Shown here: positions 26,896-39,697 of the stretch, piece by piece
Layout of the letters: every line of letters starts with the position of its first letter
Position numbering within the stretch: position 1 is the stretch's first letter
Assembly: GCA_964016885.1 (NCBI GenBank)
Contig: OZ024742.1
Coordinates: forward strand, 352,780,001-352,844,000
Reading direction: 5' to 3'
DNA: 64,000 nt
Source: Eledone cirrhosa
Lineage: Eukaryota
Program-made: the position numbers and the translations under genes
Notes under the pieces: generated by a model
What the model was told of the DNA's origin: nothing
Seen by the model: the letters and a program-made list of their open reading frames with translations, nothing else
Database searches by the model: none

Positions 26896-27703
26896 AATTT
26901 AGTCCTTCATCAGTGATCTTCCAACCTTCAATTGTATTTCATTGCTTTAAAGACCATATACCTCCGGTTGGTGCGAGCAACGGCTAAAGAAAGTCGTTGG
27001 GACACGTAAATCAGGGGAACGAGCGAGACTGTAAACAATCAAAAATGGTAATGCAACGAAAAGTGAGGAAGAAGGAGTCAAGTCCCAGAAATCGTTGAAC
27101 ATAAGTTCTGTGAAATCGTGGACGAGAGAGAATAAAGACCATCAAACCTAGTCGAAATGTGAGCAAGGAAGGAATACGGCACAGGTCAAACGGGAGGAAG
27201 GAGGAGTCCAGTCCGTGAATTCGGTGAACATAAGTTCTGTGAAATCGTAGACGAGAGAGAAAAAAAGGAACCAACTTGGTCAAAGTGTGCGTGAGGAACG
27301 AATTTCGCACAGGTCAAACAGGAGGAAGTAGAAGAGCTAGTAGCAGAGAGTGAGTGAGTGAAGTGTGAGGAAGAGTCTAACAGAGAGAGTGACTGTTAGA
27401 GGGGGTAAAGGGAAGTGTGAGATACAGAGAAAGAGGAAGCTGTAAGAATGAAAAAGACGGGTCACAGCGGAGGAAAATATATATGTGTGAATATGAAAAT
27501 AAGACGAGGTGCGTTGTTGCAAATGGGTTACATATGAATACATTTAGTCCTTCATCAGTGATCTTCCAACCTTCATTGGTATTTCATCGCTTTAAAGACC
27601 ATATATCTCCCGTTGGTGCGAGCAATGGCGAAAGTAAGTCGTTGGGACACGGAAATAAGGGGAACGAGCGAGACTGTAAACAATCAAAGATGGTAATGCA
27701 ACG

Positions 27704-27705
<2 letters not shown>
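26896..27705 (-). mobile_element. Probable PLE pseudo-LTR tandem (165-bp direct repeats 26896-27060 / 27543-27705; internal ~128-bp duplication)
   Basis: tagtccttcatcagtgatcttccaaccttc (reverse strand cactgatgaagg, hammerhead 5' core) occurs twice; related piece at 11495-11570. Confidence 0.6.
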
Positions 27706-27742
<37 letters not shown>

Positions 27743-28577
27743 CAAAGGGATATCTAATTTGCTGGTAATTCAACAAATATAAACGATTCGAAGCATTCGA
27801 CATGTTTTCTGGAGTATACTATCAATGATATTTATGAAACAAACATTGTTTTTTATCTGATGTGGGCGTACCAAAATTTTGGTGCGCTTGAAATATATAT
27901 AACAGAATAAATATGGTTATAAATATAGTTTCGATTTTGGGTAATTGCTGGCCTTGTGCCTAAAGTAGAAACAATTATTATCATTGATATATGTAATAGA
28001 ATAGAATGTGATATATGTAATATAGAATAGAATGTGGTCTGCTTGAAACATTGCTTATAGTATGTAATATAAAATACTATATGTTTATGGAGCTTAAGAC
28101 AAACCAAAGTGGATGGTAATATAAAGGCAAAGAGAAAGTTTGTTACCTGGTATTTATTGCTATTCTTATCTGGTATTGTCTGTTGTCCTAATATTCCTGG
28201 ACTTCCTTCCGTCTTATCACCTTTAAACTAGATTCAAGTATACAATTTAGAAATTTAATCTAATTCCATACAGATAATTCAGAACGCTTTGCTCTGAGAG
28301 ATCCACACACACTGAGGATGAAATATAAATCCCGAAATACTCTTTCTTGCCTTCATTTTACCTCCGTTTCTGTTGATTTTCAAATGTTAAGTTTTCTTCG
28401 CAACATTCTGTAGCCGTTAATTATGTCAACAACAAATAAGTATCGCTTGGGTCCCAGTCAATCAGTTGGATACGGTTGCTTTTTACAGGACCAACTGGAG
28501 TTTGAGGACACTGCCATGACAACCCACCAGGGAATAATTTGCCGAATGAATTAAACTCTAATCAAACCGAACAAATT

Positions 28578-28886
28578 AGAAGAAGATGAAGAAGAAGAAG
28601 AAGAAGAAGAAGAAGAAGAAGAAGAAGAAGAAGAAGAAGAAGAAGAAGAAGAAGAAGCAGAAGAAGAAGAAGAAGAAGAAGAAGAAGAAGAAGCAGAAGA
28701 AGAAGAAGAAGAAGAAGAAGAAGCAGAAGAAGAAGAAGAAGAAGAAGAAGAAGAAGAAGAAGCAGAAGAAGAAGAAGAAGAAGAAGAAGAAGAAGAAGAA
28801 GAAGAAGAAGAAGAAGAAGAACAAATAATAATAAGACGAAGAGAGAAGGGAGAATTAAAAGATGATGATGATGAAGAAGAAGTACA

Positions 28887-28963
<77 letters not shown>
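28578..28963. repeat. (GAA)n followed by (TAA)n microsatellites
   Basis: Direct inspection. Confidence 0.95.
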
Positions 28964-28964
<1 letters not shown>

Positions 28965-29849
28965 GGGAAGAAGACGTACGAGGTGACGGAGGTCATGAAA
29001 TCGCTCCCGTAAGTTTTGAATTTTTAACATATTTAAATCATTTGTGAAATAACAACTCTTAGTACAAATGCTACGTAAAGCACCCGGCTTGAGCCCCAAA
29101 AAATTCGGACCCAAAATATATTGTTATAAGGCTCAAATATTCAAATATTCAACTTTGTATTGTACACTGTATATCCAAAAAAGAAAATGGCTATAAATGG
29201 AAGAAGAACCCCCCCCCCCTCCTCCTCTGTCTACACTATATAGAACAGCCAAACTCACCAACACCAGAAACTAGATACACCACCCACCCCATCACATGTG
29301 TACACTAAACTACCACCGCTCACTACGGCCATCATTACAACCATTATCCCATCACCGCCGCCACCACCCCTTCACTCCTTCACTGCTACCACCGCTACAG
29401 CACCATCACTACAGTAATACGGTCACATCACCGCCACCACTGCCTAGGTATCGACATCACCACCACCACTGTCTCAGTATCGCTACCGCCGCCAGTCTCC
29501 CACATTTGCCAGCTGTCTGCTGCCACCACATTATAGAATCCCTACTGCTAAAAAAGAGGAAGGCATCAAAATATATAGATAGACTCAAAAGAAAAAAGAA
29601 AAAACAAACAACAAAACCAAAGCCACACAGCAACAACAGCAAAAAACGAGATAAACAGAGAAAAACAAAAACAAAAAAACCCCAAAAAAAAAACCCCAAA
29701 AACGTAAAGAAAATAAGAATGAAGAGAGAAGCAGGCGGACGGACAGAGAAGAGGGGGGAAAAACTAAAACATAAAAAACAAAAACTAAGTCAGACATTCG
29801 AACACTACATTACAATGAAACTTATGCTTATTCATTGTTGGGGCCCTTT

Positions 29850-32800
29850 CTGCCTGTGTGTTTGTTTGTTTATGTGTGTTCGTATACAGCGTGGTGATAA
29901 TGCCGCACAAGAGCCAAGTGGAATGGCGGATCCACAGATGGATATGTAGCCATACATTCGCCAATCCTCGATAAGAGTGTTTAAATATCGAACATAAACA
30001 GTTCGAATAACGGTGAAATGGAGACTAGAACGTCGTGTGACAGACTCTCACCCAACAGGTGCCCCCTGACTCAGCAGCAGGAACCTGACTGTCAACCAAA
30101 TACTGCTGATGTTGGAGGAAGGAGAAGAAGGAAAGGGGCCAGAACCAACTGGACGAAAGAATTGAATAGAACTGTTATGCAAAGTTACCTGAAAAGTAAC
30201 CCCAAGGAGAGGGGCTACAGGAGACGGATGCATAACATCTGGAACGTGATTGGTTTATTTAAATTAGATGAACAAAAATTGGCCGGGCAGGCTCGGGTAA
30301 TAAGAACTAATGGATGGATAAGCGAGCTGGAACTGGAGGAACTGAGCAGAGAGAATGGCTTGGAGATGGCGGGTGTAGTATGCCAAACACGCGAGCCAGT
30401 AGGAAATGAAGGTGAAGAGGTCCTGAGAACGGAGGAACCACCCGAAGCAGACAATTATCTGAATACTGAGATAAATAATACCTGGAACAGAGATACGGCC
30501 ACTGAGGAGATGAATGCTGACGGGCTAGGACAAGATTCGGTTGACATCCTAAATTTAGTGGTAGATGAATTGAACAATGATAGTGGGAGACCTATGAACC
30601 TAAGATTTGTATACAGGAAAAAGTTAAAAGAAACAACAGCTAAGGTAAACAAAGTCATCCCATACCTTGAGGCGAGGAGCCTTCACCAGTGCAACAATAT
30701 CCTCAAAGCAACAGCAAATACGGTGAGGAAACTACTTGGTATAAAAGCGAGAGGAAACAACAGACAAGAAAGAGCAGAGCCGTGGTGGAAGAAGCGACTG
30801 AGTGGGCAAATCGGGGAAATGAGAAATGACATAGGAAAGCTTGAGTCACTACTGAATGGGACACTAAAAAAATAGGCACTAAAGATAGACTGGAAATAAA
30901 ATACAAAACTAGGAGGAAAAAGCTAAATATTATCATAGAGGAACTGAAGCAACGCATTGTAGCAAAGAGTGCAAAAATCAGGCGATACGAGAACAGAGTC
31001 AGTCAGTATAAACAGAACCGCATGTTCGACAACAACCAGAAGATGGTGTTTGGACAGCTTGAGGGGAAAGAAAGAGGCAACGACTTGATCCCTGGGGCGG
31101 AGCAAACTAAAACATTCTGGAGAGGAATATGGGAGCAGGATGTTAGACACAATGCCCAGGCAGGGTGGATTGAGACAGTACAGAGGGAGATCGGTGAGCA
31201 GGCACAACAACAAACTGATTTGAGTATCACAGTTGAAACTCTTAAGGGGCAGGCCAAACAACTAACCAACTGGAAATCACCAGGCCCAGATGGTGTGCAG
31301 GGGTATTGGATTAAACATTTAACATCCCTCCACCCGAAGCTGACGGCCATGTTCAATGACTGCTTGGTGTCGGGTGAGGTGCCAGAGTGGTTGACAAAAG
31401 GTACCACAGTTCTGATAATGAAAGACCGAATCAAGGGTAATGATGTTACCAACTATAGACCTATCACATGTCTGTCCGTAATGTGGAAACTGTTGACGAG
31501 CATTGTGTCTGAGGAAATCTACCATCACCTCCACACAAACAACTTGTTACCGGACGAACAGAAAGGATGCCGAAAGAAGTCACGTGGTACAAAGGACCAG
31601 TTACTTATTGATAAGATGGTAATGGGGAATTGCAGGAGGAGACACACTGATCTTGCCATGGGATGGATAGACTACAGAAAGGCATTTGACATGGTGCCTC
31701 ACTCCTGGATCACCAAAAGCCTGGAGATCTTCAGGGTGGCAGATAACATCGGACAGTTGCTAGGCAGGAGTATGGGGTCCTGGGAGACAGAGTTGACATC
31801 AACTGGAGTATCCTTGGGAAGCGTGAAGATCAAGAGAGGTATCTTCCAGGGAGATAGCCTGTCCCCTCTGTCGTTTGTCCTTGCCCTGATGCCCTTGACC
31901 ATTATGCTGCGAAAAGTGAGAGCAGGATACAAGTTGGGAAGGGGAGAGCTTACCATCAATCACCTCCTCTTCATGGACGATCTTAAGCTCTTCGGGAAAA
32001 GTGAGAAGGAGTTGGATGTGCTTGTTGACACTGTCCGTATTTTCAGCAGTGATATATGTATGCAGTTTGGTATTGGTAAATGTGGAGTCATTGTGATGAA
32101 GAGGGGTAGGTTGAGCAGAAGTAACGGGATCCAGATACCAACAGGTGAGATGATAAAGGAAATTGACTCTGAGGAAGGATACAAATATTTCGGCGTTCTG
32201 GAGGCTGATGGCATAAAGAACAAAAAAATGAAGGAATTGTTAAGAACTGAATACATTCGGAGAGTAAGGAGCGTATTAAAGTCACATCTGAACAGCAGAA
32301 ATGCCATAAGCGCAGTAAATTCCCGAGCTGTGTCTATTATTAGGTACAGTGCGGGAATTCTGAGATGGAATGTTGCTGAACAAAAAGAAATGGATAGGAA
32401 GACTAGGAAGCTATTGACTAACTACAACATGTTCCACAAGAGGAGTGATGTCGATAGACTCTACCTAAGGAGATCTGAGGGTGGAAGAGGTCTTATCAGC
32501 ATAGAGGACTGTGTTCAGATGGAGAAAAACAACCTATACAAATACGTGACCTATAGTAAGGAGCCAATGCTCTGAACTGTACTGAAGGAGGGGACAGTAG
32601 GCCAGGGGATGTCCAAGGAGGAAATAACATCAAGGAGAAAGAGCAGCCTTAAGGGAAATTCCCTTCATAGTACCTTCTTTGAGAAAACTGAATTTAGAGA
32701 TCCACAGACATGGAACTGGTTGAGAAGAGGAGACCTCAAAAAGGCTACAGAAGGAATGCTAATGGCTGCGCAGGAGCAGGCCCTCAAAACGAAGTGGTTG

Positions 32801-33517
32801 AAGCACCATATCTACAAGGAGGAGGCTAGCCCACTGTGCAGGATCTGTGGAGAGAGAGAGGAGACTGTGACTCACATTGTGTCCGAGTGTAAACACCTAG
32901 CCCAGACCCACTATAAGGGCTGGAGACACGATGTGATGGGCAGGGTGATCCACTGGCACCTGTGCAAAGTAAACAATTTACCACATTCTGAGAAATGGTA
33001 TGAGCATAGGCCAGAGGCGGTGATGGAGAACAATCAGGTGAAGGTGCTGTGGGATTTTAGGATACGGACGGACAAGAAACTGAAACACAATAGACCTGAC
33101 CTGGTGGTTTTGGACAAAGAAAAAAGATCGTGCCTATTTGTGGGTGTGGCCTGCCCATTCGACACGAGAGTGCAAGAGAGGGAGAGGGAGGAATTTAATC
33201 GATACCAGGACTTAAAGTGGGAGCAAAAAAGGATTTGGAACTGCCATGAAGTCAAAGTGGTCCCGATTGTCAGAGGCGCACTAAGTACTATCTCAAACAG
33301 TTTCCAGGGATGGTTAAAGAAAATTGGACCCTTCACGCTTTTTGGAACGCTTCAAAAGTCATGCTTGCTGGGAACAGCGAGAACCCTCCGATACGTCCTG
33401 AATATCTGAGGCTGCAGGTATTGGCTTGATATTCATCTCAACAAACTTTCCAGTTAACTAACATCAATGACTGAGACTCAAAGAGTAATAAAAATAATAA
33501 TAATAATAATAATAATA
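29850..33517 (+). mobile_element. R4/Dong-clade non-LTR retrotransposon, near full length, inactivated
   Basis: N-terminal WTKELNRTVMQSY..RGYRRRMHNIW; RT YRPITCL, EQKG, WIDYRKAFD, GIFQGDSLSP, LFMDDLK; CCHC CRICGEREETVTHIVSEC; RLE RHD..RPDLVV..ACPFD; (TAA)n tail at 33487-33517; 5' boundary approximate. Confidence 0.92.
30018..33409 (+). pseudogene. Dong RT-RLE polyprotein ORF with frameshift (~30870, A-run) and premature TGA (32573)
   Basis: Track ORFs 30018..30875, 31022..32575 and 32609..33409 are consecutive parts of one ORF; the adjacent copy has AGA where this copy has TGA. Confidence 0.9.
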
Positions 33518-34815
33518 ACACAAAAATGAAGGATGTGATAATAACTGAATACATTCGGAGAGTAAGGAGCGTATTAAAGTCACATCTGAACAGTAGGAAT
33601 GCCATAAGTGCAGTAAATTCCCGAGCTGTGTCTATTATTAGGTACAGTGCGGGAATTCTGAGATGGAATTTTGCTGAACAAAATGAAATGGATAGGAAGA
33701 CTAGGAAGCTATTGAGTATCTACACATGTTCCACAAGAGGAGTGATGTCGATAGACTCTACCTAAGGAGATATGAGAGTGGAAGAGGTCTTATCAGCATA
33801 GAGGACTGTGTTCAGATGGAGAAAAACAGAACAACCTACACAATTACGTGATTGATAGTAACGAGACAATGCTCAGAACTGTACTGAAGGAGAGGAAAAT
33901 AGACCAGGGAATGTCCAAGGAGGAAATAACAACAAGGAGAATGAGCAGCCTTCAGGAAAAATCCCTTCATAGTACCTTATTTGAGAAAATTGAATTCAGA
34001 GATCCACAGATATGGAACTGGTTGAAAAGAGGAGACCTTAAAAAGGCTACAGAAAGAATGTTAATGGCTGCGCAGGAGCAGGCCCTCAACACGAAGTGGT
34101 TGAAACACCATGCTTACAAGGAGGAAGCTAGCCCACTGTTCAGGATTTGTGGAGAGAGAGAGGAGACTGTGGCTCATATTGTATCCGAGTGTAAACACCT
34201 AGCCCAGACTCAATATAAGGGCTGGAAACATGATGTGATGGGCAGGTTGATCCACTGGCACCTATGCAAAGTAAACAATTTACCACATTCTGAGAAGTGG
34301 TATGAGCATAAGCCAGAGTCGGTGATAGAAAACGATCAGGTGAAGGTGCTGTGGGATTTTAGGATACAGACACGGACAATAAACTGGAACACAATAGACC
34401 TGACCTGGTGGTTTTGGACAAAGAAAAAAGATCGTGCCTGATTGTGGATGTGGCCTGCCCATTCGACACGAGAGTTCAAGAGAGGGAGAGGGAGAACATT
34501 AACCGATACCAGGACTTAAAGTGGGAGGTAAACAGGATTTGGAACTGCCATGAAGTCAAAGTGATCCCGATTGTCATAGGCGCACTAGGGACTATCTCAG
34601 AAAGTTTCCAGGGATGGTTAAAGAAAATTGGCCCCTTCACGCTTTTTGGAACGCTTCAAAAGGCATGCTTGCTGGGAACAGCAAGAACCATCCGATACAT
34701 CCTGAATATCTGAGGCTCCAGGTAGTGGATTTATATTAATTTCAACAAACTTTTCAGTTAACTATCATCAATGACTGCGACTCAAAGAACAATAATAATA
34801 ACTATAATAATAAGA
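33518..34815 (+). mobile_element. 5'-truncated second Dong copy of the same family, starting directly at the (TAA)n tail of the first
   Basis: Aligns with 32220-33500; has its own TAA tail at ~34792-34812. Confidence 0.92.
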
Positions 34816-35266
34816 AGAAGATAGCAACGAAAATGCACTGAAATGTAAAGTAGGCTATATTTCATTTGCCAACAGAAACAATAAGCTTGTACAATAGGAT
34901 TAAAACCGCATATGTCCTCGTGCCCCCATTAATTCGACTGTGAGCATGGTTTAAACGTTTAGTGTAATCTTAAAATAATATATTTTTACAATTGCATGTT
35001 ATTGCAATCTCGATTTCCCTACGGTTTTAATAAATTCTCTTTTGACTGATTTGAGGGAGAATACTGCCCGTAGAATTTCCCAGCAGCATAATTTGAATGC
35101 AGTAATATTTCCCTCAAGGCTGTATAAGAACTTGCTGGAACAATTTGCTGTAAAAATCATCAACATAGACAGAGAATCGATACTTTCTAAAATAGTCATT
35201 TCATGTTAGATATATTATACTCCCTTAAACATGGACGGTAAATGAACAACGATACGACAAGAATAC

Positions 35267-35307
<41 letters not shown>

Positions 35308-35339
35308 ATATATTCTATTCTAGGGCGCGTAAAATTCCC

Positions 35340-35390
<51 letters not shown>

Positions 35391-35639
35391 TGAGACAGAA
35401 AGAGGGAATGACATATGAGAAATCTATGTGTGTGCATCAGTTGATCTTGGTCAGTTTATACAGCTGTGTAAGTGTGTAGGCATGGACATCTATGCAATGT
35501 TCGAAACTATATATATTTTCTGAAATATATAACATTTCGAGAAATAATTCAGTTTCTGCTATAGATATTTACCTACATATATATAGATATAAAATAGTAC
35601 CTGAGACTATTTTCCCTACATTCTTAACGTCCATATGTG

Positions 35640-37137
35640 CTGTTTGTTAATGGAAGGAACTTGAAATGCACATGTGAAATGAATATCATTCTTGGCTCTA
35701 AGCGTATTGATTCAGATGTCAGTACATTCATACACGTTTCTTTATTCCCGTGACAATACACATGGTTCTAATATTAATTTCTCGATATTCTTTATAGTGT
35801 AATGTATCGGGTATTCTGTTAATTGTCGTAATATAAATGATAGACAATCATAAGCGTATATGCCTCAAGACATAGGATGAGATTAAGGTAATTAAAAATC
35901 AGGTGAAACACATTAGCAATAAGTAGCAACATGTGATATTAAACCAGACATGTTGGGTGTACACTTATAGATACATTGGTTATAAATAAGTATGTACAGG
36001 ATTGTCAGTAACAACATATACTTTTAACATGTCTTTAATCGAAGAATATATTTTAAGCATCATCGTCTCATTGCAACATCATTTAACATTTTTTTAAATC
36101 ATTGACTATTGATGTATACATATAATATTAAAGCACAATTCATTTTTCGTCGCACCTAAGTGACATTGTTATATTTGCATTTAAGATGTAAATGTTACGG
36201 ATAAATATATAATACACGATTAAAGAGGCAATTAAACTTTACCATGGTGTTCTAACACATTCTATGAAGACGAATTTGATTCTTCTTCCTCACTCTAATA
36301 CCAGCAGATCAACAGGAGTTATTTTTAACTTAATCCATAAGCATCATTTTCTTTTAAACACGTTAGCTAAGTATTTGAATATTACATTCATGTTCTCTTT
36401 TATGTGTGATCAGATTTTATCCAGATGATTTCGTCCCATGTTAAGTAAAGAAAAACAGAACTAAATATTATTTTTATCAAATATATATTGCATCATTAGG
36501 CAGCAATTATATAATGTTAAGACATAATCGTGTGTTTTATATTAAAAAAGATAAAAGAAGTCAGCGCTTGACTAAATAATTTCTATTGAATGTATAGTTA
36601 TTATAAGCAAGAATTTATCAAATAAATTATACCTAACTGCTCGTTAAAATAGATAAGAATCCTCCTTATCGATCCTATATGCATTATTTATCGGATAATT
36701 TTTAACTTTTCCAGTGAGTTGATACATGTATATTCAAGAATAAATGTAGAACCTACGTACATAAAATTGTATTGTAGTTACTCACACAACTATAGCAAAT
36801 ACCACAATGATGTTGGTCATGAAGAATCTGGAATCACCAAAAGTACAGCAGATTGAAGTGTTTACACACAACATGCTGCCAGATGTTTCTGTACTGTTTA
36901 ACTATACAGAACTCTGTCTCGAGTCAGTTCAAGGAATGTAACACGAATGTCCTCTCAGAACTACATATACACTTTAAAATATTAAATTACATCTTATTCA
37001 GATCTCATTTCTCATTTGAAAGAGCTCAGAGAATCACATCAAACCTATGTTCAACGTTTATTATTTATTGATCAAATAACACTGAACATAGGTATCGCTT
37101 AAGCAATTGGTCCATGTGATCAGATTAGGACGAATAG
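35640..37137 (+). pseudogene. Decayed Ig C2-set remnants (two or more exons)
   Basis: VNGRNLKCTCEM..FIHVSLFP; SGETH..VATCDIK..IHW; LKCLH..NTNVLSELHIHF; donor ag|gtgagt at 37138. Confidence 0.4.
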
Positions 37138-37292
37138 GTGAGTGTGTGTGTGAGGGGGGGGGGGTATGTTAGAGGAGGAGAAAGAGTAAAAGGAAGAAAG
37201 AGAGAGAAAAAATATTCGTGTATGAACTAATATCGTATTAAGTGTCATATATCATTTTAATACACTAATATGTATACATGCATATGCTTGTC

Positions 37293-37350
<58 letters not shown>

Positions 37351-37351
<1 letters not shown>

Positions 37352-37512
37352 GTAGGTCCCGGGTTGAGTCGGGGATAACCACAGTAAGTAAGGTACTCAA
37401 TACATAGCAGAGTAAAATATTTTTATTTTATAGAAGGAGCATCTACAGGACTAGTCCTGAAGATTTCATCTGAATGAAACAGTACTAGTCCTGTAGAAGC
37501 TCCTTCTATGAA

Positions 37513-37520
<8 letters not shown>
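37351..37520. mobile_element. PLE pseudo-LTR stub folded back at its hammerhead
   Basis: Arms atagaaggagcatctacaggactagt / actagtcctgtagaagctccttctat enclose CTGAAGA-t-ttca-tc-tgaa-t-GAAAc (37457-37480). Confidence 0.65.
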
Positions 37521-37559
<39 letters not shown>

Positions 37560-37562
<3 letters not shown>

Positions 37563-39030
37563 AGAAGAAGTTTATGAAATGGGAATGCGGGTATAAAGAA
37601 TTTACTAGGTAACAATTGTTTCTATAGTGTATGGGTTACCTATACCTCGCTATTTGAATAATATAAAAATATTATCATAAACCGAAGGTACACTGTAAGC
37701 AAAAACACCATGTCGTCAGACCTTTGTATTGGAATGATATGAAAATATTTTATACACTAGATAAAAGAGAAAAAAGGAGGTAGGAATAGAAAGGGAAGAG
37801 GGAAGTGAGTAAGGGGGAAAGAGTCCTAGGATTTAAGACTGTCAGACTAGTAGAGATTGTAAGGAGAGAATGTTTTGGCAGCAGTTAGCTATCCAGGATA
37901 CTACTGCAAAACATAAAATAATTGTAACTGCACCAAACCAGGTACATGCCCACTGAATACCCAGTGCCTAGCACGCAATATTGTCTACCGATGTACGATA
38001 CATTCCAGAACCAACAAATGGTATTACGTCGGATGTACCGCAACTTCTTTCAAAGCTCGCCTATACCAACATCGATCTTCGATCAGGCACGGGAAAATGC
38101 GCTCCGTAACAACCCTCGCCGATAAAGGCTGGCAGCTCCGGGGGAACAATCAAACATTCTCCCTTGATTGGCAAATTATTGCAACAGCTCTTGCATAATA
38201 GCAAAATCATCGATTCTGTAAATTATGCAATATGGAGATATACTGCATTTTAACGTCGGTAAACAAACTTTTGAACAGCCAAATTGAACGTTCACTGTAC
38301 TGTAACCATCGTTTGAAAACGACTTTTTCTTTTTTAAAATGCATATAATGTTACCTTTTTACACCACCGTTCGCAAATTTCTGTTTTATATGTTTATACA
38401 CAGGATATGGCTTTCTATAATAATAGTACTAAACACTGTTTTCTGGACCCCTTTAGAAATAACCTGCTACTATAATAGCCCCAATAACTTGTATGTAACT
38501 CTGTACCACTTTGACCCCTTTAACTGAATTTTGTCCAAACAATACCACTAGAAGAATTTACTTCCCCCACCAACCCTAACACGCCTCATTAAGCTAACTG
38601 CTGCCAAAACATTCTCTCCTTACAATCTCTACTAGTCTGACAGTCTTAAATCCTAGGACTCCCTCCCTCTTACTCACTTCCCTCTTCCCCTTCTCTTCCT
38701 ACCTCCTTCTTTCTCTTTTATTTAGTGTATAAAATATTTTCATATCATTCCAATACAAAGGTCTGACGACATGGTGTGTTTGCTTACAGTGTACCTTCGG
38801 TTTATGATAATATTATTATATTATTAAAATAGCGAGGTATAGGTAACCCATACACTATAGAAACAATTGTTACCTAGTAAATTCTTTATACCCGCATATC
38901 CGTTTCATAAACTTCTTCTCCATATTTTCTCCGGATTTTAAAACACACTTTATTATACGTTGAGCAATCTCTGACGTCGGTTGACTCCATCCAATCCAAC
39001 TACTTAGTAACATTGGAATACAAATTTACT
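37560..39030 (+). mobile_element. Penelope-like element 3' part (GIY-YIG) with ~335-bp inverted pseudo-LTR
   Basis: 37917-38347: CNCTKPGTCPLNTQCLARNIVYRC..YYVGCTATSFKARLYQH..CKLCNME..LLNSQIE..CNH; 37560-37890 is the reverse complement of 38592-38922. Confidence 0.9.
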
Positions 39031-39321
39031 AATTATATATATATATATATATATCTAAATAGATATATATTAAAAAACATTTTTTGTATACCAAACCGTG
39101 TCACTCTTCTTTCCTGATTTATTATTACTCCAAGTGTTTACAACATAGGAATTACAGCGTACTCGCAGCATCACTATGGAAACGCCTTGTTGAGTCAAAC
39201 TTAGCCAAGCGTCGATATCATCCACCACCCGGAGTACCATAACTTGACTACACCTAAGTGGACTATATATAACAATAATTTGTTACCCCGTATATATTTA
39301 TATATATATATATATATATAT

Positions 39322-39697
39322 ATTAATAAGAGGAATTCCAACTTTGTCTGATTTACTCGTTTTATTTACAATCCTTTAAAATTTATAATGGTATTATAAT
39401 GAAATAGTATGATAGAATATTAAATGCTAAGTGTTAATTGAACAAGTACTTTCATGCTTTCGCAATCTTCAGGTTCATAATGTGTGGTGACAGTCAAGTT
39501 TGCAATTTTTAACTGTGAAAATTGCGAAAGCATGAAAGATTGCGAAACCATGAAAGTACTTGTTCAATTAACACTTAACATTTAATATTCTATCATACTA
39601 TTTCATTATAATACCATTATACATTTTAAAGGATTGTAAATAAAACGAGTAAATCAGACAAAGTTGGAATTCCTCTTATTAATATAATCTTCTATAT
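39322..39697. repeat. ~375-bp fold-back hairpin unit carrying a hammerhead; repeated at 42532-42941 and as a half copy at 43090-43315
   Basis: Near-perfect ~145-bp inverted arms; same central junction in both full copies. Confidence 0.9.
39440..39476 (-). ncRNA. Minimal hammerhead ribozyme motif (intact core)
   Basis: Minus strand gaac-CTGAAGA-t-tgc(gaaa)gca-t-GAAA-gtac-TT-gttc; helix I gaac/gttc; palindromic AAGTACTT helix III. Confidence 0.65.

Noticed and set aside
28551-29114. Poly-S/L/F/K/Y/N ORFs (and many IYIY/VCVC/SLSL ORFs elsewhere)
   Set aside because: Translations of microsatellites
29296-29949. 217-aa His/Pro/Lys-rich ORF as a gene or Dong ORF1
   Set aside because: Derived from (CAC)-rich and A-rich low-complexity DNA; no domain signature
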